Shown one piece after another: positions 35,637-48,029 of a stretch of 64,000 bases of DNA. The notes under the pieces are model-generated. The model was not told the DNA's origin. It was given only the letters and a program-made list of their open reading frames with translations, and did not search any database. Within the stretch, counting starts at the first letter, position 1, and each line of letters starts with the position of its first letter. The position numbers were made by a program, and so were the translations under genes. The stretch covers positions 12,751,044 to 12,815,043 of the forward strand of contig NC_069008.1 in assembly GCF_001194135.2 (NCBI RefSeq), written 5' to 3'. This stretch comes from Octopus bimaculoides (lineage: Eukaryota).

Positions 35637-36009
35637 AATGTAACCATAAATAAAATTATATAACCACAAATGTATTCACACATAACAGAAAATCTAACAG
35701 AATGTCAGAACAACCACCCAACGATATATCTTATATTTGGAGGTATCCTCCATGTTACAGCCACCTCAAATTTTGCCCTAATGGTAATTTTAAAGTATGA
35801 CCACTAATTTTGGGATAGGAACTGTAAATTTGCTCTTAAGGAAACTCATTGCGTAGTTTAAAACTGCACTTTTCGCATAGCTCAGTGGCCACTTGCACTT
35901 TAGTTAAAATCAGCGTATAATAGCTAGGAATTTGAAAAACTAATATTATATTAACACACACATATGCATAGGTATATATAATGAACATAAAATGAGTGTG
36001 TGTGTGTGT

Positions 36010-37050
36010 ATCATCATCATCGTTTAACGTCCGCTTTCCATGCTGGCATGGGTTGGACGGTTTGACTGGGGACTAGTGAGCCAGATGGCTGCACCAGGCT
36101 CCAATCTGATCTGGTAGCATTTCTACAGCTGGATGCCCTTCCTAACGCCAACCACTCCGAGAGTGTAGTGGGTCCTTTTACATGCCACCGGCATGAGGGC
36201 CAGTCAGGTGGTACTGGCAAAGGCCATGCTCAAATGGTGTTTTCCATGTACCATCAGCACAAGTGGCAGTAAGGCGACGCTGGTAACGATCACGCTCGAA
36301 TGGTATTTTTTACGTGCCACGCAGCAGCTCTGGTCATGATCACGCTCGGATGGTGCTCTTAGCACTCCACTAGCACGGATGCCAGTCATGCGGTGCTGTC
36401 ATCGAATTCGATTCCGATTTCACTTGCCTCAACAGGTCTTCACAAGCATAGTTTAGTGTCCAATGAAAGAAAGGTATGCCTAAATGGGCTGGTTACACCA
36501 CCGGCATAGGCCACAAGTTATGGTCTCACTTGGCCTGGCCACAGGTTATGGTCTCACTTGGTCTGCTGGGTCTTCTCAAGCACAGCATATTTCCAAAGGT
36601 CTCAGTCACTAGTCATTGCCTCAGTGAGGCCTAATGTTCGAAGGTCATGCTTCACCACCTCATCCCAGGTCTTCCTGGGTCTACCTCTTCCACAGTTTCC
36701 CTCGACTGCTAGGGTGTGACACTTTTTCACACAGCTACTATCATCCATTTGCACCACAACCATACCAGTGCAGTCGTCTCTCACACATCTGAGGCTTCTT
36801 AGATCCAACTTTTCTCTCAAGGCACTTATACTCTGTCTACATCATCATTTAATGTCCATTATCCCTGCTGGCATAGGTTGGATGGCTTGGCCTAACCTGG
36901 CAAGCTGGTGAGTTACACCAGACTCCAGTGTGATTTGGCATGGTTTCTACAGCTGGGTGCTTCTATGTGACACAGCATGCATGCATTTATGTGACACCAC
37001 ACACAACATGGGCGCTTTTCTGTGGTACTGCCATAAATGCTTTACACCAC
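36010..37050 (-). mobile_element. Two tandem RTE-type LINE 3' ends
   Basis: (CAT)n tails at ~36010 and ~36840. ORF 36602-36820 contains GRGRPRKTWDEVVKHDLRTLGLTEAMTSD. Confidence 0.85.
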
Positions 37051-38109
37051 CAGAATGATCGGTCTTAACAATTCTGTGGATTACTGTATGGCAAGATCCA
37101 TGAACTGAATGGCCTAACCACTAATCCATGCACCTTCACAATAGTTTGAAATAGATAAGTGAATATGTTTCAAATAAAAGCATATAATGTGGTGTCCTAA
37201 TGTATTTTGAAAGTTGAATGAAATGTCTTTGATGTTAGGTCTATGGGGATTGATTTAGATTGATGAGATAGCCACAATAATATAATTTGCAACAACAATA
37301 TGACCACCACACCTGCCCACCATCACATGTAGACTAATGTAACCGACATCATTGACGCAACAACTTTTGAGTTCAACTGAATATCAGACTGTATGCCAAG
37401 ATGTGTGTGTATGTGTATTTGTTTTAAATCAGAAGTGCAAGGGTTGAATTGCCTATAAAATCTGGTAACCCCGCATATAGTATTTTCTCTTCCTGAGTCA
37501 TCTTATTTCTATTATTACTTCCGTAGAAATAAGAAAATGTTTTACTCCCACATAGTAAATCTTTTCAAATTTTTTTTACTATATATTTGATTTGGATAAT
37601 CAATTGCCACTGCTATTGGATCTTCTTTCAATATGAAATATTTGGAAAGGAGCTATCAAGTAGGCCTGAAGGTAGTAATGCGGGAAGGAACTGGAAAGCG
37701 ATTACACTGGTTATTAAACTTGATGTTTCTAAAAAGATTTGGAGCAGAAGTAAAACTCAGTTTGGCAAAACATTATATTTTGAAATGTCACACCAGGATT
37801 GATATTTGACTACTGAGTGAATACTATGCTGAAGAAGCTCCTCCATTAATTGTGAGAGCTTATTTTTCCATACATGTAATCAGCATCGTTTAACGTCCGC
37901 CTTCCATGCTAGCATTGGTGGGTGCTTAAAACACACGAGTATATGGATGGAGGATCAGAATTGGTGTAATGTGCCTATAAACAAGTAATTCAAAAGAGCC
38001 AAAAGTTTATATGATGATTTACTGTAAGAGGAAGGTGAAACTTGTAATGAAAACCCTTTTGTGTCTCATAAAAGCTGATTTGAAAGAAATATAATATGAG
38101 AAGAATCTA

Positions 38110-38310
38110 AGATGGTGAGCTGGCAGAATTGCTCATGCCCTGAGCAAAATGCTTAGTAGCATTTCATCTGTCCTTATGTTCTGAGTTCAAATTCTACTGT
38201 GGTCAACTTTACCTTTCATCCTTTTGGGGTCCATAAAATAAGTACCAGTCAAGCACTGGGAATTGATGAAATCCCCAGAAATTATTGGCTTTGCATCAAA
38301 ATTTGAAACT
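38110..38310 (+). mobile_element. tRNA-derived SINE, second family
   Basis: gagctggcagaattg...ttctgagttcaaattc...aagtaccagtc; orthologous to 45370-45535. Confidence 0.75.
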
Positions 38311-38334
38311 AATTTGCAGAGAACCTTTATGGCA

Positions 38335-38910
38335 TATTATAAGAGAACTTTCAAAGTCTATATATGAAAAGAACTTTCAAACAACATATGAAAGCAATTG
38401 ACAGGGAGGAGAAACCTACAATTAGAGATTTCTGGAGGAAGTTCAACATAATGGATGCTTTGGGTAATATAGCGGGATGATGTGAAACCTTCAACTTTGA
38501 ATAGTTCTTGGAACAGTATATAGCCAGACTGTATCTGTGACATTACAAGTTTTCCTCAAGCAGAAAGTCTACATGGAATTGGGAAGGATATTGTGACACT
38601 TGCAAAGGATGTAGGATTTGATGTGATTGGGTTACCAGTGTTTCAAAGAGAAAGTTTATCCATTGAAGAGGTGATACTCTTAGAGAAAGAAATGAATATA
38701 CAGATGACACGACAGAAGTCCTAATGACAGTTAAATTCACTAAAAATATTATTGTTGAAGGGTTGGCACGTATAGAGGAATGTTTGCAGGTTTATGCTGA
38801 CAATTTGTGAACCTTTGACATAAATCATATTCATGGTTCTTTGTTTGAACAATTGTTTTATAGCCAGATTCTCTGTTTGTAGCCTTTTATAACATACAAG
38901 GATTTGGTAC
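38335..38910 (+). mobile_element. pogo/Tigger transposase C-terminal remnant
   Basis: MKRTFKQHMKAIDREEKPTIRDFWRKFNIMDALGNI...VKPSTLNSSW...IVTLAKDVGF, similar to the TIGD/Tigger DDE C-terminus. Duplicated at 46195-46790. Confidence 0.7.
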
Positions 38911-39799
38911 ATCCCCCCTGTGTTCAGTGGCTAGACCTCAAAAGGTCTGGAACGGAAAAACATCGAGATGGTGTGAAGCTAGAGTTTTATAGTGAGCAGT
39001 CAGCTCACACTGAGGTTTAGAAGAGACTGTCTCACGTGACCTTATTTGAAGGCTGCAACTGGTTGGGTTGCATATTGGTGCACAATAGAGCAAGAGACAA
39101 ATTGCCCCAATACCAACCAATCAGAGTAGTGGACACAACAGGGTCCAAAAGGGCGGCCGAAGACTAGCTGTTATCTACTACGTCCGTATTTATGTATATG
39201 TAACAGAGAGAGAGGAATTTCCCTCAAGCGTACGCTACACATGCAAAAAAAAAAAAAAATACATAACACACAGCCTCACTCTCTTTCTCCTCTCACTTCA
39301 AATCAAACGTCGCCTTCAAAACGTCATGAAAACAAAAGTAAATAGATAAAAAATCTTCTACGGAAATTAACGAACAATCATATAGTCCCATATGATTGAA
39401 TTTTGACAGACATGAGGGGTATACCGAAAGAATGCCGCTTTTCGTACGCTATGCGTAAAAATAACTCCAAACGAGGATGTTTTGAAGTATAGATTATCGT
39501 GTGTTAAACATCTAAAGCGTGAGAGAGGATGCAAACCACTAACTGAAGCCAGAGTCCCTTTTATTTCGCCCAGTTCGTTAACTGGTTTGCAATAAACGTC
39601 CTTGTCTTCAGCTTGTTTCTTGCAAGTTCACGGACAATGTCGTACAGGAGTAAACATAAAAAGAAGAATGTTAGTTTGATTTTAATTGAAGTAGAACTGA
39701 AATTTGTAATATAAATCTTTAGATATTTACACCTGTTTATTCGCTTATTTGCTCACGTGCGATTTCAAAGTACCTTTCACTTTCAATTTGTGTTTTTAG

Positions 39800-39965
39800 C
39801 AAGTTTCAATTGGCAACCCTCTTTCTCCCTCTACCGGAGAATTAAAATAATACACATATAAAGGGGAATAACTTCATATTTTGTAAGATATACGTGATTA
39901 GGACGATGTCAGTTTAATTGTTGTTAATTGTGCACCGACTAATTGCATATGAGGAACGGTAAGTT
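39800..39965 (+). promoter_or_regulatory. Putative core promoter and first exon of ZNF-B2
   Basis: ATTGG 39809-39813, TATAAAGGGG at 39857, donor AACG|GTAAGT at 39959. Confidence 0.65.
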
Positions 39966-40639
39966 GACAAAGATTTACTTGAATAATAAATCTGTAATAA
40001 TGTAAGTGAGAGAATTGTTATTCTGTGAATCCTTCAACGGTACAGCAGCTCTTTTCAAGTGAAAACACACGACAACATTGGGACAAAGATATTTACTCCG
40101 CAACTTGAAAGGATAATACTTCCAGGCTGAAATGTCGATCTGTATTTTTAAAGACACACACTCCATTGTTACATATAAAGCGATATAACGAGATAAATGT
40201 TTTGTTAAATTATTTTATATTCCTTAATTCTGGTTTAAACACCCCATATAAGCTCCCATCACTTTTTTAGTTTTTGGAATTCTTGAAAATTTTTTTGCGA
40301 ATTTATATTCTCCACATGAGAATTCATACGATTGTGCTAAAACCAAAGGAAAAAGGGTTGATGGTGCGTGATTTAAAGGCTATCTAGCTGTTATTTTTAG
40401 CCCATCTCTCCCTTATACCCTACTTGTTAGTGTTATATATTGAGGTTTTTCAATACCCCCCCCCCAATTAAAATTTTTGATTTTATTTGCTTTAAAGAGA
40501 TCGTAGCGAATTGACGAACATATACAAATCGAAATTGAATACATACAAACACATTAAAGTGGAAAGAATTTGCGTTTTACTTGTGTTTGCCTTAATATAT
40601 TTGTCAACTAAATGTGGCGGTCCTATAGAATTGTCCCTC

Positions 40640-40920
40640 ATATTGACAAATGACTGAGACCTTTGTCGATATACTGTGCTTGAGCAAACCTGATGAAATT
40701 GTAGTCGTAGCTGATGCTGGTTTTACATAACTAGCACCGATGCTGGTCGCACGTAAATGTCAACGACTACATACTTGGAGGAATTGATGTTAGGAAGGGC
40801 ATTCAGCCAGAGAATCCGTGCCAAATCAGATTGGAACCCGGTGCAGCTCCCCAGCTTACCAATTTTCAGTCAAACCATCCAATTCTTGCCAACAATTGAA
40901 AATGGATATTAAATGATGTG
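40640..40920 (+). mobile_element. RTE-type LINE 3' UTR
   Basis: Orthologous to 53100-53390, with the same junction into the adjacent PLE. Confidence 0.75.
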
Positions 40921-41510
40921 TGGTTGTTAATGTTAAGTCCTTTCTTTTTTCTTTTGTTGCCGTCCAGGTGCGTGGGGCTCTTGCTATCATATTTCTTTAC
41001 GTTTTGCGTATGTGTACGCCTGGCATAAGATTCAGCGTTCTATGGTTTCTGCCATTATCTCCACTATACCTGATATTCCCTCTTGTTTGAATGTTTTTTG
41101 CTACTGTATAAACTGTATATTTTTTTGGTTGTATCCTGTGTATTCACCCCCACCACTTTTCTTGTTGTTTTCTCTATTCTGTTATGGGGGTGCATCTGGT
41201 TGTTATGGTTATTTTTTTTTGTGGGCGGGGGAGTAATTTGCTATTCTACAGATTACCTTATTACATTTATCCATTTTGGTTTGGTTCACTGAGCTATGTA
41301 ATATTTTATCTTTGTATCCTGCATCTTCTAAAGCTTTATTATAGCAATTATTGTTTTCTTTAAAAATGTCCTTATTACCGACAATCTGGATATGCAAGTG
41401 GAAATGTTTCTGACTATGGATTGAGTTATGCATTTGGGTTGAATGCTTTTGTAGTTTATGTATTTAAGGTTGTAGTTAGATTTATGGTATGGTTTGAATA
41501 CACTGGGAAT
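40920..41510 (-). mobile_element. Penelope-like (Naiad-like) fragment
   Basis: Minus strand reads VFKPYHKSNYNLKYINYKS...KDIFKENNNCYNKALEDAGYKDK, matching the PYHKP...LxxSGY thumb region of Naiad-type PLEs. Confidence 0.55.
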
Positions 41511-41935
41511 TAGGGTTTTAGGGTTAGGGTTAAGGTTAGTGTTAGGGTTAGGATTAGGATTAGGGTTGGTGTTAGGGTTAGGGTTAGAGTTAACCTAGAA
41601 GGGACAGGCCCCTTATTTTTTGGTTAAGGGTGTTGGTAAGTTTTCCTAAGTTACTCCAATCCAGATCCCCAATGCAAACCTTCAGATCAACCTTTTCCTA
41701 GGCAGATCTCTAATGCAACTTTAAAAAAAAACAGTCAATGAGTGGAAATAACCAATAAACTGATTCCATATGGGATTTCCCAATCAAATTGCCAGCAAAC
41801 CATTTTCAGCCAAACCAATTTCAACGGATTTTGCTCAAATCTGATGTCCATGTTACTTATTTTGGTTTTAAATAAAGCACTTGATCACTTAATAATCCTA
41901 GCTTAATCCCGGGCAGCGCCGGGCTATACTGCCAG
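41510..41935 (+). mobile_element. Helitron-like non-autonomous element with a degenerate (TTAGGG)n tract
   Basis: TTAGGG-like array 41510-41592. 3' hairpin CCCGG-GCAGCG-CCGGG at 41908-41923 followed 8 nt later by CCAG|T (canonical end is CTAG|T). Confidence 0.5.
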
Positions 41936-42878
41936 TATATATATATATATATATGTATATGTGTCTGTTTACAGTTTGGCAAAAGAGAATAAGGACTAGG
42001 CATACAAAGAATAAATCCTGGGGTTGATTTCTTCAACTAAAAGGTGGTGCTCCAGCATGGCCACAGTCAAATGACTGAAACAAGTAAAAAGGAAGAATGA
42101 ATATATATATATATATATATATATGTAATAATAAAGGATAAAAATGATCAAAGATTTTATCAGTGGCCAGCATATAATATAGACCTATTAAGGTAAATTC
42201 ATATATAGAGAATTTATAATAGTATAAAATACAATTATAATTAAGGGCATAGAAGAGACCATGACATATATATTTAGACACATACAAGATGATGATGATG
42301 ATATATTTACATAGACACATTATGAGAAGCATAGCCTCTAGAATGATGTTGGTATTCCAAACCTGACATAATGTTAGAGTTGGTCTTAGTAACGGTGATG
42401 GTTTTAGTTGTAATCCACTGTTTCATCTCTGCTTTTAAAATGTCCTCTAAATCTTACACTGTTGTTTCTCTCTTTTATTTCAGAATATCAGATGACATTG
42501 GCATCACAGTATTGTTTCCATGAATATTTATCACCTTCTAAAACTGAAAGAAAATATTGTTCAGAATAGATTTTTAATAATCCTAGAGAATTACAGTGAA
42601 ATATTTCTTCTGAAGTGAGATTGATAGCAACATTTCTCTTCTTAAATGTTTGGAATGTCTACAGAGTGATTTTATACAGAAATCAAACTTCGGTAATTTT
42701 GAAAAGAATCTTACAGCATCTTCAGATATTAACAAAGATTGCAGCCGAAGGAAAGAGAACAGTAATAAAGGAATAAACTGTGGAATTGAACAGGAAATGC
42801 TTTGGCATATATTGTGCTGATAAAAGCAAAATGAGGATTGTCTGAGAAAGCTGTAGAATATATTTTTATAAAGAGGTG

Positions 42879-43931
42879 ATGTCAAAAGAGAAACCACAAT
42901 CAAGATATCAGTGTGATATCTGTAAAACGTTTTTCACTTACAAACATAGTTTAACTACTCACAAACGTATACATACAGGAGAGAAGCCATTTCACTGTGA
43001 TATCTGTGGTGAATCATTCCCTGTTCGAAGTGACATAACTAAGCACAAACGTATTCATATTAGAGAGAAGCTATTTCACTGTGATATCTGTGGTAAATTA
43101 TCCTCTTGTGGAAGTGCCTTAATATCTCACAAACGTATTCATACGGGGGAGAAGCCATTTCACTGTGATATATGTGGGAAATCATTCTCTCAAAGTAGCG
43201 TTTTGACTTATCACAAACGTATTCATACAGGAGAGAAGCCGTTTGATTGTGATATCTGTGGTAAATCATTCTCTGTTGGAAGTGCTTTAATATCTCACAA
43301 GCGTATTCATACTGGAGAGAAACCGTTTCACTGTGATATCTGTGGTAAATTATTCTCTGTTGGAAGTGGCTTAACATCTCACAAGCGTATTCATACTGGA
43401 GAGAAGCCATTTCAGTGTAATATCTGTGGTAAATCATTCTCTCAGAGTAGCACTTTAACCAAACATGAACGTATTCATACAGGGGAGAAACCATATCACT
43501 GTGATGTCTGTGGTAAATCATTCTCTGAAAATGGCAAATTAACCATGCACATACGTATTCACACAGGAGAGAAGCCATTTCACTGTGATATTTGTGGTAA
43601 ATCATTTTCTGCAGGTAGCATATTAATTAAACATCAACGTATTCATACAGGAGAGAAGCCTTTTCACTGTGATATCTGTGGTAAATCATTCTCTCAAAGT
43701 GGCACTTTAACCAAACATGAACGTATTCATACAGGGGAGAAGCCATATCAGTGTGATATCTGTGGGAAATCATTCTCCGAGAAAGGTAAATTAAGTCTGC
43801 ACGTACGTATTCACACAGGGGAGAAGCCATTTCACTGTGATACCTGTGGTAAATCATTCCCTGCAAAAGGTAAATTAACTATGCACAAACGTATTCACAC
43901 AGGGAAGAAGCCATATCATTCTGCTGTTTAG
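42879..43931 (+). CDS. C2H2 zinc-finger protein ZNF-B2, 350 aa, 12 fingers
   Basis: ATG at 42879 ([11 protein letters not shown]); upstream acceptor TTTCAG| at 42483. Confidence 0.93.
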   Translation: MSKEKPQSRYQCDICKTFFTYKHSLTTHKRIHTGEKPFHCDICGESFPVRSDITKHKRIHIREKLFHCDICGKLSSCGSALISHKRIHTGEKPFHCDICGKSFSQSSVLTYHKRIHTGEKPFDCDICGKSFSVGSALISHKRIHTGEKPFHCDICGKLFSVGSGLTSHKRIHTGEKPFQCNICGKSFSQSSTLTKHERIHTGEKPYHCDVCGKSFSENGKLTMHIRIHTGEKPFHCDICGKSFSAGSILIKHQRIHTGEKPFHCDICGKSFSQSGTLTKHERIHTGEKPYQCDICGKSFSEKGKLSLHVRIHTGEKPFHCDTCGKSFPAKGKLTMHKRIHTGKKPYHSAV

Positions 43932-44179
43932 GGTAAATCATTCTCTCAAAACTGTCACTTGAATAGACATATATCTATGCATATAAAAAATGTGACTATA
44001 TCTTTGTCAAAGTTCATTGCATCTGAAAACAACCAATATTTTCATGTCTTTTATTCTGATAAATCAGGAAATCCATCAACTCTTCTCTATAATCATTGTT
44101 CTTTCTTTGAGATACATGTTATTGCCACATTCTGTATGCGTAGGTATATATAATGAACATAAAACAAGTGTGTATATAT

Positions 44180-44440
44180 ATCATCATCATCATTTAACGT
44201 CCATTGTCCCTGCTGGTATGGGCTGGATGGTTTGACCACAATCTAATTTTGCATGGTTTCTACAGCTGGATGGCCTTCCTAACACCAACCACTTTCCAGA
44301 GTGCTGGGTGCTTTCATGTGACACCACATGGGCACCTTTACATAGGACTGTACGGGAACTTTTACATGACGCCACATGGGTGCTTTTCTGTGGCACTTTC
44401 ATGAGAGCTTTTCACCACCAGAAGGATCAGTCTTAAAACT
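44180..44440 (-). mobile_element. RTE-type LINE 3' end
   Basis: catcatcatcatttaacgtcc..., orthologous to 36840-37050. Confidence 0.7.
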
Positions 44441-44591
44441 TCTGCAGTAGAGTATGTACTTTCTTGATTACGGCAGGGTGCTAGGTATGTCTGTCCTTTG
44501 TCATCTCGCCTCAAATATATGCATACATGAATGTGTGCATGTGTGTTTCTGTCATCATTACCAACACCAACAATAACAGGAACAATATCTG

Positions 44592-44920
44592 AAATGGCAC
44601 TCTTGGTTACAATGACAAGGGTCCTAATTGATCCAGTTAATGGAACAGCCTGCTCATGAAACTAATGTGCAAGTGGCTGAGCACTGAAGAACTGCACAGA
44701 CACAGACACACGTATCTTTAATGCAGTTTTCAGGGAGAGTCAGCAGGACACAGAATGTGACAATGCTGGCCATTTGAATTACAGGTACGACTTATTAGCC
44801 GAGTGAATTAGAGCAGTGTGAAATAAAGTGTTTGCCCCAAGGATACAGTGCACTGTTGGGAATCGAACTCACATACTCAGACACATGGGCTGAATGGCCT
44901 AACCACTAAGACACGCACCT
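44592..44920 (-). mobile_element. tRNA-derived SINE with a CORE-like middle and the same tail as 20969-21330
   Basis: Reverse complement: cttagtggttagg...gagttcgattccc...tccttggggcaaacactttatttcac...gtgctcagccacttgcac...gcaggctgttcc. Confidence 0.7.
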
Positions 44921-45369
44921 TCGCCATAGTTGGAAATAGATAAGCAAATACATTTCAAATAAAAGCCTATAATAAGGTGTCCTGGTGTATTTTGGAAGTT
45001 GAATGAAATGCCTTCGATCTTAGGTCTATGGGGATTGACTTGGGATAGCCAAAATGATATAACCACCACACCCCCAGCAGTACCTGCCCACCATCACATC
45101 TAAACCAATGCAACCCACATCATCACCACTATTGACCCAACAACTCTTGAATACAACTACATATCAGCATGTATGCCAACACGTGTGTGTTTTTGTATGT
45201 GTATTTATGTCTTTAACTCAGAATTACTACATATTTGTTTTGGATAATTAATCATAACTGCTATTGGATTTTCCTTCAGTTTCCCTTGCCTGTAAAGAAG
45301 CTATCAAGTAGGCCTAAAGGCAGTAAGGCGAAAGGAAGAATATAGGGAATGTGATGTGTGTAGAACCTA

Positions 45370-45535
45370 AGGCGGTGAACTGGCTGAATTGCTACGGCAC
45401 TGAGCAAAATGCTTAGTAGCATTTCATCTGTCTTTATCTTCTGAGTTCAAATTCTGCTGTGGTCAACTTTATCTTTCACCCATTTGAGGTCCATAAAATA
45501 AGTACCAGTCAAGCACTGGGAGTTGATGTAATCCA
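45370..45535 (+). mobile_element. tRNA-derived SINE, second family
   Basis: Orthologous copy of 38110-38310. Confidence 0.75.
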
Positions 45536-45759
45536 AAATCTGAAGCCAGTACGAAAAGAACTTTGAAGGCGTTTTATAAGAGAGAGAGGGATGGAGAGAG
45601 AGGGACGGAGAGAGAGAGAGAGTAGATAGTGTGTGAGTAGTATGTTTGAGTAGTACAGAGTGCGTTCTGTCTCAACATATATTTCTGCGATAAGTTATTT
45701 TAGATAACCACAACCAACTATTTATTTGTATAATAGCATTTTTCACCAGACGTGTACAT

Positions 45760-46170
45760 GCATGTTATAACAGTTCTGCACCATACAAATTTTAGATGGA
45801 AGCTATGGACTTCTTTTATATATGAGAGAAAATTAAGGATCTGATGAGGAGCTGCTATAACAATTTCAAAATGTGGTTCATGAGAGAAAATTTCACAACA
45901 GACTGGTATCATCTTGAGACTGGAATTGTTGTAGTTATTACAGCTCAAGAGAAATCACCTAAGAAGATATTCATGGATGACATAACAATACTAACAAAGA
46001 GACTAAAAGGATGTGCAAATAGTTCTGGATAGTAAATTCGATGGACGAAGTACTTGGTCAAGAATGTGGTTTAAAGCAAATAAGTAATGCAGTCTATCAT
46101 TTGTGAAAGGTCAGTGGAAACAAGTGAAGTTAAAAATAGCAGGAGAACCCATGCTAAAAGTTAAAGACGA
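45760..46170 (+). mobile_element. HERO-like LINE reverse-transcriptase fragment
   Basis: IFMDDITILTK and WSRMWFKANK*CSLSFVKG..LKIAGEPM, the RT core D-D motif and the following W.RMxFK segment. Confidence 0.65.
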
Positions 46171-46194
46171 TGGTACACTATCTTGTTAACTGAT

Positions 46195-46790
46195 AAGCAT
46201 TGATGAGAACTTTCAAAGTGCATATATGAGAAAAACTTTCAAACAACATATGAAAGCAATTGACAGGGAGGAGAAACCTACAATTAGAGATTTCTGGAGG
46301 AAATTCAACATAATGAATACTGTGTGTAATATAGCTGAATGATAAGATGAAGTGAAACCTTCAACTTTGAATAGTACTTGGGAAAGTATATGGCCAGATT
46401 GTATCTGTGACTTTACAAGTTTTCCTCAAGCAGAAAGTCTACATGAAATTCGGAAGGATATTGTGACACTTGCAAAGGATGTAGGATTTGAAAAAGTCAG
46501 AGAATGATGTGATTGAGTTGCTAGTGTCTCAGAGAGAAAGTTTTTCTACTAAGGAAAAGAACAATCTGAAAATACATATGAGACAACAGAAGTCTTACCA
46601 ATAAACTTAAATTCAGTAAAAATATTATTGCTAAACAGTTGGCATGTACAAAGGCAGATCTGCAAGTTTTTGCTAATAATCGACGGACATTTGACATAAA
46701 TCATATGATCATGGTTCTTTGAGTAATTGTTTTATAGCCATGTTCTCTCTTTGTAGCCTGTTATAACATACAAGGATATGGTACATTATA
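46195..46790 (+). mobile_element. pogo/Tigger transposase remnant (duplicate of 38335-38910)
   Basis: High nucleotide similarity to 38335-38910; adds EKVRENDVIELLVSQRE. Confidence 0.7.
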
Positions 46791-47181
46791 TTAAAACTGG
46801 ATATAAATACTGTCAAAATTGCTTCTAAAGATTATTGTCTTATTTAACCATTAATAAAGATTATCTTATATAACTATAAATGTATTCACACACAACCTAC
46901 GATGTAACAATATATAAGAGCAACTATTCGACTCTATATTTTATATATATCCTACCATAACTTTATTTATATTTTAATAAAATCACACTTTCAAAATGTT
47001 CATCACTTGGCTGTGTGATAAAGAAGTTTGCTTTCAAACCACATGGGTTTGGGTTCATTCCCACTGCATAACATCTTGGATAAGTGTCTTATATACCCTG
47101 AACTGACCAAAGCCTTGCTAGTGTATTTGGTAGATGGCAACTTGAGAAAAACCTGTGTGTGTGTATATATGTATGTATGTA

Positions 47182-48029
47182 TTGGGTCATCCCATAAATA
47201 ATGCGTTTTTTTTTAATATTTATTTTTCAAAATTAAGATAAAGTTCTTTTTAATCTAAAACATACTCTCCTTCATTTTCTTCAATGCTCTGCCATCTAGC
47301 TGGTATATTTGCAATGCCCCTCTTCTAAAATCCACTTGTGTGTGACGAAAAATACTCTTCTAGTACTGTTCTGACCTCATCTACAGAATTCATATTTTTC
47401 CTGTCCAAGTGATTTTGAAGTCTGCAAAATAAATGATAATCAGATTGGGCAAACTGCTCCAGCTGTCGGAATGTTATCGCTGCATGTGGCAAGCATTATC
47501 CTGATGGTAGACCATCTTTCGTCTTGAAACCAAAGATGGTCATTTTCTGATGTTATGCAGGTGTTGATGAAGTGTTGAATGACCAAATCCAAGCTTCTCT
47601 GCTGTCTTCTCAATAGTTACAATGGGATTTTGTTCCACCAGGGTTTGCAGGACCTCCTCATCGAGCTCTACAGATCTTCCAGGATGAGGCTCGTCTTCTA
47701 GGCTGTAGTATCCGGCTCGGAATTTCTGGAACCACCGTTGACACTGGCTTATGCTTATTTTCCAATCCCCATATGCTGCATTAGTATTCCTTGCATTTTC
47801 CGTTGTGTTGTTGCCTTTATTGAACTCATAAATCAAAATATGCTGAATATGCTCCTTTGTCACTTCCACAATAGCTTTGAAAAAATAACTGTTAAAATCA
47901 AAGTGGACTCTTCCAAACTTGCACTGAGAATGAAAACAAGGTAAAATTACATCCTGTTCCCTTCCAACTTCCCCTCTGACTTTTAGTTCATACAATTGAA
48001 AAAACCGTGTTATTTATGGGATGACCCAA
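47182..48029 (-). mobile_element. Mariner element, internally deleted, 848 bp
   Basis: TIRs TTGGGTCATCCCATAAATAA.. at both ends and TA TSD at 47180-47181 and 48030-48031. N-terminal HTH (EVTKEHIQHILIYEFNKG...SQCQRWFQKFRAG) and C-terminal DYHLF motif are present; most of the catalytic core is missing. Confidence 0.92.

Noticed and set aside
41510-41592. True chromosome end or telomere fusion
   Set aside because: Short, degenerate, single-orientation tract inside an intron; more simply part of a repeat element.
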